Shown: in pieces, positions 26,861-37,858 of the stretch | Numbering within the stretch: the first letter of the stretch is position 1 | Layout of the letters: each line of letters begins with the position of its first letter | The notes under the pieces: generated by a model | Database searches by the model: none | Seen by the model: only the letters and a program-made list of their open reading frames with translations | What the model was told of the DNA's origin: nothing | Assembly: GCA_964057225.1 (NCBI GenBank) | Contig: OZ059895.1 | Coordinates: 15,128,001 to 15,192,000 of the forward strand | Direction: 5' to 3' | Source of the DNA: Auanema rhodensis | Lineage: Eukaryota > Animalia > Nematoda | Length of the DNA: 64,000 bases | Program-made: the position numbers and the translations under genes

Positions 26861-29800
26861 ATGACGAATACAGAATACATAATTCCTCATTATGACCATG
26901 CCTCTCTTGGAGAACGTCTCATTTTCTCTTCATCGTATGTCTCTTTGTCTTTCTCCTCTCACCATATTTTCCCTTGTTTCCCTCTATCCCTCGTACTCTT
27001 TCTCCTTTTTCTCTCCATGTTTCCTTTTCTTTCCTTCTATATCCCCTTCTCCCCTTTCTATTCGTTCTCCCTCATTCAGTATTTCTCGTTCTCGTAACTG
27101 CATAAATCGATACTGCTTCTAGCCCCCGCACCCAAAAGCCCGCCTCCTTCAGGGACAACATTGACTCGTCAAGATTACCAGTAAGTTGGCTCGGTAATGA
27201 AAGCGAAACTGCCTTATCTTCAATAAATTTGAATTTAAAATTCACTTACTTTGAAAATTAATGTTCTGCCGTCAATGACACGTATGACAAATTTTTCTTT
27301 ATCACAGCTTTTCTCTCTCAATTGTGTATTGGAAATGGCTTTAACTTGTCTCCAGTTTAACACTCACATACGAATTATTGCGAGTTTTTAATTCATTTCG
27401 TGAACCTTCCTTCTCGGGCCCGCGATATTTCGCAAACTGGCGAACATAGTCGCAACCATTTTTCGCCACTTTTCGAAAGGCCCTAGCGCCCCTCCTGTTA
27501 GCTCTATGGCTATCATTTCACTTCATTGTGCTCGTTGGCTGTTAATTCTTTAACGTTCCAACTATCTTCAACTATCGTTATGACCACCTGTGACTGGCGT
27601 TTTTACAGTTCTGAGGACTATGTTCCTTTCTGTAAAAGGCCATCTATTGACCCTCGTCCACCTGCTGCTACTACTCCGTCTGCAGCAGCAGCGGGTGCAG
27701 TTCCCATCCCATCGTCATCTGCAGCCGTTCTGTCTCTTTTCTCGTCTCTTATAGACCCCATGTCACCCTATGAACCTGGTATGTTGATTTTCTTTTTTTA
27801 CGAATATTGGCTTGTTTTCTGTTATTTTCCAATTGCGGTGCCTTGCCGCGCTATTGTCCATACAGAAACTTCGGCTATTAAAATTTCCTGATAACAGGAA
27901 GATTACGTCATTCGTGTTCAATTGTCGAGCTTTTCTAACTTCTCTTATTCATTCTCTGATGTACGACAACAATTCAATAGCATCATAGTAGTATGATGTT
28001 GTTCTGAAAATCTGATTGAGTACATCAATTTCGTTTTACCTCTTCATCACAACCATCATCACACTGTCACCACCATCATCAACATGTTGTTTTTAATTTT
28101 TTTTATTTTCAGGGCACGTCTCTTCGTGCGATATTGCCGGTAGTGGTCAGATGCAGGATGGCTCTTCAGATAATTTACAATTTACTGAGCTACTACTACG
28201 TCGAGAAGAGGTCCTATGCCAACTGCCGGCAAGATTAGCACAGGTACAGTATTTACATTACTTATTATATTTTCTTTTTTTTTCCTTTTTCGTCTGTTCT
28301 ATTATACTCCATTTTCTACTGTGGTGGTCGATTTGACCTTGTGTAGCTTCTATTGCTATCTATTAGTTAACTGCTTCAATTAATAGACAAGCGATAATAG
28401 TTCCGCATTTGAAAATCAATTTTTGAATTCATTTTGTCAGCTTGCTAGCCTTATATTTTGGTTGTTATCTTGAGTCAGCTGACATTGAAACGGCCATCGC
28501 GGTCTTTGCCACATTAGAAAAAAAACTTGTTGAAGTAGGTTGATGGGTCAATTCATGTCTTCAAGTTATGCGATGTGATTTATATAGTAAAATTTAAGTT
28601 TTTCGTATGGTTCTTAATACTGAGTATAGTTTATAAAGCTTAGGAAAAGATGATGTATGTCAAGATAATATTCTTTCATCTTTTACGAGAGGGATAAGCT
28701 GCATTGTGTCCCTCTCGCCAATGCTCAGCTCAGCTCTATGTATTTAGTAAAATAATCACCACATATTATATCAGATGTACTTATGGGATTATATATATAT
28801 ATTCATATATGTTTTATAATTTTTCTAAGTTTTTTTCATTGCAGGGAGAAGGAGTGATCGGCTGGGCTGATCGAGATCGAGAAGCAGCATGGATCTGTGG
28901 TGCTGCTCGAAGGCTCGGATTAGACACTGATAGTATATCAGCGGCTATAGCCTTATTAGATAGAGTCGTATGCTCCACACGTGTCCCTCCCAAGTACGTT
29001 TTGTCATGTATTAACCTTTGATCATGCAAGTTATTCAGATATATCAATTGCGTCGCTGCGGCGTGCCTTCACATCTCAAAGAAACTTTGTGAGGATAATG
29101 AAGAAACTACAACGAATTTTCTCCGTAGATTACGGCTTGAATATAGTCCTAGTGAGATGAAACGCATGGAAACAAGAATTCTAGGTAAACTCCTTTACAA
29201 CTTCCTCCTTTCTAAAACTTTTTATTTAGCTCTTCTCGGATGGGATGTTCAACTTCCAACTCTCTCAAGGTTCTTGGATGCAATGATGTCACCTCTCGGC
29301 GCTCATTATCTCATTTCTCCTATAAGGTTTTGCAGTTTTTTCAGCCTCTATTTACATAATATATTTTTAGATGTCATCTGGAAACGGTTCTTTGTTCTTC
29401 CCATATCATGTCACAGTTTCGACCATCTGTCGTAGCTCTTTCCTTAGTGTCTTTGGTATTAGAAGCAACCCGTCGTCACTGGCTTAGATCCAGTCATCAT
29501 ATAATCAAGACCTTTAAGGTATTGAAACACTTGAAAAGCTATTTTATTACATTGTTTGCTTGTTTAGGTTGATATGGGTGAATTAATACGGTGTCGGGAG
29601 AAAGTATCCTCTTTATGGGATCGTTGCTTCATGCCATCCTTCTCTTCTTACGGTTTACTAGCCAGCAACTATCCCAACTTTAGATCTTCACATGTCAGTT
29701 ATGAGCAGATCAAAGTTAACACTGCGAATGACTTGTGTGTATTCAATAGGTAAGTATCTATATTCTTCTTTCACATCCCTTTCGACATGTTATTTTCAAT

Positions 29801-29883
29801 TTTTTTTCAGTACAACACCTTCAACTCCACTTTCTCCTGATAACATGACATCACCTCAGGCTCTTCAGCCTACGCCCTGTTAA
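26861..29883 (+). CDS. Cyclin G/I-like protein
   Basis: Cyclin box DRDREAAWI...AIALLDRVV...YINCVAAACLHISKKL...EMKRMETRILALLGWD, second fold QFRPSVVALSLVSL and a PEST-like tail. The two 5' exons (26861-26915, 27123-27180) are phase-compatible but less certain; an internal ATG lies at 27760. Confidence 0.82.
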
Positions 29884-31478
29884 CGTTGTATTCTAATTAA
29901 TTAGAAGTTTTTTTTTCATTTAAACAATATATTTACGTTGTTGAGCACCGTAATGCAGCAGCAAGACTGTTCTGCTTGTAATCTTTAAGCGGCCGGACCG
30001 CACAACATTCGAGTCCCAGGCTAGATGCCGCTCGTCATGTTATCGTAGACTTTAACTTTTTTGTATAACTAATAGTTCTTCTCCGTTTGTACGTATAAGT
30101 TTATTTGTTTACTTTCTGTGTTCATTTTTCCTATTCCCTTGATATTACCGATATAAATGGCTTCAAAGAAGTAGCGATGTCGTGGAGCCGGTCTGTTTTT
30201 GAAACATTCCATGCACCGATTCTCCATTTCTTGTAGTTTCTATTGTGCCATTTTTGAAACACAACTTTGTATATTAGCAGAAACTATTCTGCCATCCTAT
30301 TAAGCTTTTCATGTGAATAAAGGTTAATTTTTTTCATTATTTGATTACGTCAATGAAGGGAAATTGCTGAACGCTTCATCACTATGTTGCCTTCCTGTTA
30401 CATGCGAAATGAAAAATATGATTGGCGTGCTAGATTCCGCAGCAATCACCTGGGACATACACAGGATTTGTATGGCTTTCCTGCCCTGTTTTTGCAAACA
30501 TTGAAAAAGAATGTAAAGAAAAAGCTACAAACATACAATATACAACATACAAATGAAGACAAACATTGCAAATAACCAGGGACAGAGCATAAATTGCTAA
30601 TTGTTGTAATTGGACTTTCCTCAAACCAACGCTCTTTGTTTCTGAAAAAAGAAGAAGAAGAAGAGGCAACGTAGAACATGTATGCACAGCTTTGCTCATG
30701 TCTGCTATGGCATATAAGTAGCAGCACTTGAACATGATGCTCACATCCCATATTCCACAGCTCAATGATTCTCTTAAGTTGGTGCTTCGTATGTACGATA
30801 GCGATTAATTCTTATGCTCAGGTGATATTATACTCCAATTACTCGAGATTATACGGTTATATCATTAATTCAATGTTCAATATCGTCTCAAAAGTACAAA
30901 TATCTTAAATGTCAGATTCATGTGCGTGCATGTATCTGTGTGTATGTGTATGTGTATGCAGATGTCGTGTGTGTGTGTGTGTGTGTTGTTTCAAATGTAA
31001 AAAAAGTGATTTTTCAGACTAATCTTGTGAACATAACAGTTGAATATGTTCTTTGAACGAATATAAAAACATTTTTTTTTCAGTTTTACCCTTCATAAAC
31101 TTCTAATTTACTTGATTTACTATTCGAAATTTAAAAAAAAACATGTTCACAATCTCGCTAGCACTGCATTTGCAGTTGATGTTCTCCCTCCCATTCTCTT
31201 TCTATCTCTCTCTATCTTCATCTGCACCCAATTCTAAGAAAACAACCGTTCTTGTTTTCGTTTTCTACTAGAACTAAAATTAAAAAAAAGAAAGAAAAAG
31301 AAATGAAAATCAGCGTTCAAACACGTGACATCAAATTTCACGTGGCATCTATTTAAAGATCACGCATATGCTAATGTAGGCGGCTATGACTGTATGACTG
31401 AATCATAACAATAATATTCATAATTCAGTTTGAGAATGTCACATTTTTGGTCGAAAACATCAATTTGTGTTAATTTAG

Positions 31479-33119
31479 GATGTGACAACAGTAGCGCCTT
31501 CCACTACATCATCATCATCATCAACAACAACATCCAAAACAGTATCAACTACAAAGGATTTAGTGAAAGTAACAACATTGAGTAATACTAAACCACGATC
31601 AACAGATGCTGGATCATCAGATATCATCGGCGATGTCGGAAAAATGATTGTATAAGCTTTTCAAGTTTCAATCTCAAGCTCTAAGAGCAACGTGTTTTTA
31701 GGATTCATTCATTACATTATCACCTATACCAATGTCAGATCTATTCGGTAACTTAGGACAGCCATTTACACTACCACCAATTGATTTAAACAAAATATTG
31801 GTTTGTTATCTAATTATATTATTTTAATTATAATTAAATCAATATTTTTTTTGTTAGAAAGCTATACCATCACTGCCTCCAATTCAGTTACCATCAATAG
31901 ATCCGCAAGCTTTAGTAATATCATATATATATATTTAGTTGAAATAGCTATATTCTAATAACTATTTTCAGGCAAACTTACCAACATTAGGACCAATTGA
32001 ATTCCCAACTCTAGATCCTGATTTCTTTGTACGATCACAATTCTTTCATACTCTTTTCATATTCAAACATACTATTTACAGAAAAATCTGCCGACCATAG
32101 CTCCTATTCAGTTTCCCACCTTAGATCCTGATTTCTTTGTAAGCTCATGCTGCACAGTTACAATATTATTATTACATCATATTCTGATATTTATAGAAAA
32201 ACTTACCCACCTTACCACCTTTTGAATTCCCAACCATTGATCCTGACTTCTTTGTATGTTCATCCTATTACACATCCACTACAACTTGAGCAATACTATT
32301 TACAGAAAAATCTTCCAACATTAGCTCCTATTCAGCTGCCTACGTTAGATCCAGACTTTTTTGTGAGTTTTCAAGCATGCCAAAAGCATATTGTGCATGT
32401 CAACCGGGCGCTTCTTCCAGAAAAATCTGCCAACATTGCCACCTATTCCCGGTTTTCCAACTATGGGACCAATCTCATTTCCTGGTTTTGTAAGCTATCA
32501 GCTGACGTCTTTCTATATTTCTTTCATCACCTATTTCAGCCATTCAATGATGTCAACAAATGTCTTCCTAAACTTTTGAAATTTGCTCGCGATAATGCCA
32601 CATTCCAAGATGATCTCATCGTATATGCTAAAGATGGTCAAGCTTTAAACGGAGTTCTTCGAGTTGTTGAAGAGGTTCATCGTAGCATTGCATGCTCTGT
32701 TCTCAATTTTGTTTTTTTCCCCTTTTTTCCAGTCAAAGATAGTATGTAGTGACGAAGAGAGTGTCAAGTTAGCAAAGTTCATTGATAAGCATCGTGATGC
32801 GTTCTCTATGATGGATAAGGTATATTCGTCTTTTTTATTTCGACGAAAAAAAAATATTTTTATCAGATAGCTCCCAGTTTCACTGAAGAGGAACGAATGA
32901 AAGTATTTAATTGGATGATAACACAAAACATCTTGGCTTTATCAAGATTTTCAACTGAAAAGGGATTGGTAATATCAATTACGAAATGAAAAAAAAAACA
33001 TTAAAATTGAAAATACCTTTCAGCAAAATATTTTCAATCCAAATTTTAATGTGGAAATGATGAATATATCACTAAGAATCTCTGGAATGCAATTAGAACT
33101 ATTACTTAATCCAATATAA
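31479..33119 (+). CDS. Uncharacterised protein: Ser/Thr-rich segment, tandem 19-aa Pro-rich repeats (one per exon) and a helical C-terminal domain; 5' end unresolved
   Basis: Twelve GT-AG-bounded exons splice into one open frame ending LELLLNPI*. Repeat consensus KNLPTLxPIxFPTLDPDFF. Confidence 0.8.
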
Positions 33120-33256
33120 CTCAATGGTTACCTCCAAGCTTTCTCAGAATTGTTTAATCTGTTCATTAAATATTTGTAATTTTCTAATAAATTTTAAGAA
33201 AAAATAATGATATTAATATAGTTTATGCAACTTAGAAACATTCTTTTCCCTTTCTA

Positions 33257-33443
<187 letters not shown>

Positions 33444-34746
33444 TATGATAAAGACTCTCGATTTTCCATAATTTCTCTCAGCAAAAGCTTCAGAGTTGAA
33501 AAAGAGATGAAGTAACAGAAAGTGTGTCGGAAAGTTGTAATCCATCTTAAAGCAGACATTTTGCATTTGATTTTGTCTTCATAATCCTTTTCATGCCAAT
33601 GATGGCCTGAGTCGTCCATCGTAATCTAGATGCTCAGGATGAATATGGGACCCTCGAAATTCATTATTATGATGGTGGAATTAGTAGAAAATGACAATAA
33701 CTAAGACAAGATGAAGAAGAAGAGACATATGGGATGAACCATAATTTGCCGTTTTCATGTAAAAGTTGCTCCGATTTAGATGTTCTTCGGGCATCTTCTC
33801 TATATAGTATTCATATGGCTCTATTCCATATTCAAATTTACTTTTTGAAAGTTTCAATCCAGAGAATTCTTTTTTCTTAACTGATTCATGCACATCTAAG
33901 CTTGAACTGAAGTTTCAATTCCAATTGCATATCACTTAACCATGTTAACAGCTTTGATCTCGAGCCGTAAAATGTTTCCAAAACCAAATTTACTATACGT
34001 TTGTTGGCAGTTTTTCGTGTTTCTAAAGTCCTTCTGTGATCGTAGAATCTTGTAGCAATATGAGGGTGCTTGTGGTGGCAAGCCTCCATGCCTTGAGGCA
34101 CTTCAACCTCTCCGATTGATGAACACATAGCCGTCGGCCACAATGCCAACATCGATAATTGTTTCTTCGTTTTCTCATTCCATTTACGGCGATATCGTCA
34201 GTTTGAACAAACGAAAATTATTTCAATTTCAACAACAAATCGACGCTTCGAATTCAAGCTCTGAGCGTTGCCTTGGCTGAGTTAGTACGCCATCACCATT
34301 TTGGACTTCCTATTAGCAGCTACCGTACTCTGGATATTCTTTTTCTCTTTTCGTTTTGCTCATAAAAGCTATTGGTGAATCTCATCAGCAGTTGATGACC
34401 TTCTAAAATTTCACATTCATAATTGTCAAAAAAGCATAAAATGAGCCGATCTATAAGAAACTCGCAGCCTATTCCGCCGATACGACCAACCACGTCTACA
34501 ACGAAGAACGATTATGGCAAAGATTACTATGTGCGAGGTCTCATCTGCAAGCATTGTACACATCAAACCTAAATCCTTTCAGCTTCAGCTTTAGCTTTCA
34601 ATTTTTTCGTTCCTATATCTAAGTTATATCTAATAACTCATGCAACAGCTAATGTTTCCAATAATGCTTTAACTATCACATTCACCTTTACCAGTTTATG
34701 AGTTATTTCATGTATTTTCATGCATTTGTTTCCAGATAAGTACACG

Positions 34747-36812
34747 ATGCAGCCTAATCGTCGTTTACAAACCATCCAAGATTGGAGTAATAAACATATT
34801 TTTACTTCGTCCTTGGATTATTGGAATCAAGAACCAACACAATGTCCACCGATGAGTGTTAATCAGAATTATGGTATGTTATAACCTATTTTCTCATAGC
34901 TTCATTGAAACTTAGGAGCTGTCGGAAATGAAGGTGAAGACCAAGGTGATGATTCGTATCAAATGGCTCCACTACGTGAAGTTGATGAAGTGGAAGTTGA
35001 AGTTGATCCTCATTCTTGTAAACTATATGATAATTACAAAAAAATTAAAAATAAACTTAAGCTGGAGAATCCATAACAGCATTGCAAGCAGCTTGGAATG
35101 TAACTAATGCTATTCAAGGAATGTTTATAGTTGGATTACCTATTGCTGTCAAGGTTGAGTCTAACTAGTTGATTATCTGAACAAACTATTTGTATTCACA
35201 TGAAAGTCATGTGAAACCTACGCTGGCTCACGTGAAAACCACGCAAGCTCACTTAAAACTCACGTGTGTGTCACGTGCATGTTTATTATATTTTCTTTTT
35301 GATAATTCACGGAATCGGTTGTGCTTTTCCATTTTCTACTTTTCCTTTATCATGATTGTGACTTATAGGTTGGAGGATGGTGGTCAGTAGCAGCTATGAT
35401 TGGTGTAGCTTACATATGCTATTGGACAGGATTACTTCTTATTGAATGCTTATATGAAGGAGAAACGAAGGTTCGATACAGTTACCGTGAGGTAAGAAGC
35501 CGTTTTTGAGAATTATCAGAAGTTACATGTATATTAGGTGGCCGAATTCTATCGTCCAGGATTTGGAAAATGGGTTTTAGCAGCCCAAATCGTCGAACTT
35601 CTGTCTACATGCATCATCTATCTTGTACTTGCTGCTGACTTACTTCAAAGCTGCTTTCCAAGCATAGGTACTGTCTTAAGATCTCTAAGAAACTGTTTGC
35701 AATAGCATTCATCTTGATTCAGATAAGCCAGCATGGATGATGCTTGTGGCAGCAATCTTGCTCAGTTGCGCTTTTCTCGATTCCTTAGTTCTTGTTTCCC
35801 AACTATCAATGGCAAATGCTGTATCTCATCTGATTGTTAATGCAATTATGATGATCTATTGTCTATCACAGGTAATAAGAATTTACATTTTTCATAAATA
35901 GAATACTTCTCTTCAAGATCAGTAGCTGGTCATTCAGTTCGGTTACGTTTTCTTTGAACATCAATACGTTTCCTACAATGATTGGAGTTGTAGTTTTTGG
36001 ATATACTTCTCATATCTTCTTGCCAAGTTTAGAAGGAAGTATGCAGGTACATGCAATGTCCAAAATATCAACGAATAACTTATTTGAAATTAGAAACCTT
36101 CGGAGTTCAAATGGATGCTTAGATGGTCACATGTTGCTGCTGCTATTTTCAAAGCAACATTCGGATTAATGGGATATCTTACTTTCGCTGAGCTAACACA
36201 AGTATGTTACAAGTTCAAATCTCCCGAATCAATGTGCTAATTTAAGCAAGAAATCTCTAATTCTCTTCCTAACCAAGGATTCAAAATTATTGTCAATTTG
36301 GTTCTGGTAGTTAAAGCTCTGCTTTCCTATCCTCTACCATTCTATGCTACCGTTCAGCTATTAAGAGATAACTTTTTCCGAGGAACAAAGACTACCTTAT
36401 TCACTGCGTAAAATCCTTGCAAACTTCTTGCAATAAAAGATTAGTTTTGCAGATGCTATAGCCCAGATGGAACATTACGAGATTGGGCATTGTTCTTACG
36501 AATTTTACTCTTGCTATTTACTTTATTCATCGCACTTTCAGTTCCTTATCTTATAGAAGTAATGGGGCTAATCGGAAACATAACAGGTTAATAATAGCTC
36601 AAACAACTATTTTAATTCTGAAACTTTTAGGGAACATGCTTTCATTTATTTGGCCAGCTCTCTTCCATTTAAAAATTAGAGGAAGCCGAATGGTTGATAT
36701 AGAAAAAAGATTCGATCAGTTTATAATAGGATTGGGATGCATGATTTGCATTTGCGGTGTCTACTTCTCCTTCATGGAATTACTACGAGCGATTCAAGCA
36801 GATTCACATTAG
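34747..36812 (+). CDS. unc-47: Vesicular GABA transporter (SLC32A1)
   Basis: [87 protein letters not shown] and GNITGNMLSFIWPALFHL match UNC-47 along its length. Confidence 0.96.
35196..35278. repeat. Degenerate 10/11-bp-period CACGTG-core array (8 units) in an unc-47 intron
   Basis: Cores at 35197, 35208, 35219, 35229, 35240, 35250, 35261 and 35272. Confidence 0.75.
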
Positions 36813-36962
36813 TTCAAAAATGAACTTCGAATTTAACTTAAAGTAGAAATAACTATTTAAATAAATGATGAACAAATATAGAATAATAAACAATTTTATT
36901 GTTTGAGATGAATATATAATATATACAGTAAATATGCAGAATCAAAAGAATATACCAAATTA

Positions 36963-37325
36963 TTACTTAGTCCAAGAAACTTTAGGAATATCATTGAATT
37001 CCGTTAATTCATTCATCTGTTGATTAAATTGTTCTACCTTTTCACGATGACTAATTGCAGCTTTTTTCTGCATTCTATCGAACTGAAAAAAAAAACATAA
37101 AATGATATCAAGATAATAGAAAAAAGAACGCACCATATTAGCTTCTTGACGCTTCTCAAATGCAAGCTCAGCTTTAGTTTTCTTGAAACCGTTTGCTTTG
37201 TCATCTTTTTGAATAGTCAAATCAACAGTTTTAGGATCAATCGTTTTCTTCTTCTTCTTGAATAAATCGCCTTTTTTCAGCTTCAGTCCTCCTTTTATAA
37301 CTGCGTCTTTGTTAACCATAGACAT
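36963..37325 (-). CDS. FAM32A: FAM32A family protein, 2 exons
   Basis: GGLKLKK, KTKAELAFEKRQE, SHREKVEQFNQQMNELTEFNDIPKVSWTK*. Confidence 0.93.
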   Translation of the reverse strand: MSMVNKDAVIKGGLKLKKGDLFKKKKKTIDPKTVDLTIQKDDKANGFKKTKAELAFEKRQEANMVRSFFYYLDIILCFFFQFDRMQKKAAISHREKVEQFNQQMNELTEFNDIPKVSWTK

Positions 37326-37858
37326 TATTCTGAAAGTAGCAATGATGAAAATAAAAACGTGATATTTTCAGAAAGAGATATCAACAAAACAATGAAATTT
37401 AAAGAAAAAACAATATACATATAATATACAACATACATATAGTTAAAGAAAATATGAAATAGTTTAAAACAAAAAAAAAACGCCTCCAAATAATCTATTT
37501 GCAAAGAACAAAAAATTAAATCAATAAGATATATAAACAGTTATAGGCAAATAAATTAAACGAGGAAATATATAAGGTTATTCTTAAGACTGATACTTTA
37601 ATTGAATAAGTTTAACATATAATATAACTAATATTTATAAGAAACATTGGCTTGTACGAATATTCTAGACATATGATTTTCGTATAAATGGCGTGTGATT
37701 ATAAAGGTTGAGCATCACGTATGAATGTTTACAGTAATCTTTAAATTGCCAGCTCTTACTAAGAATAGAAGATTTACTAATAATTAGCATAATTTCACCA
37801 TTGTTTTTTACTTTTGAAAATTTGAATATTTACTTTTAAACAATCAACCAATCACAGC

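Noticed and set aside
31858-32489. CRISPR-like repeat-spacer pattern
   Set aside because: The repeats are coding exons with synonymous variation, the spacers are GT-AG introns, and the DNA is eukaryotic.
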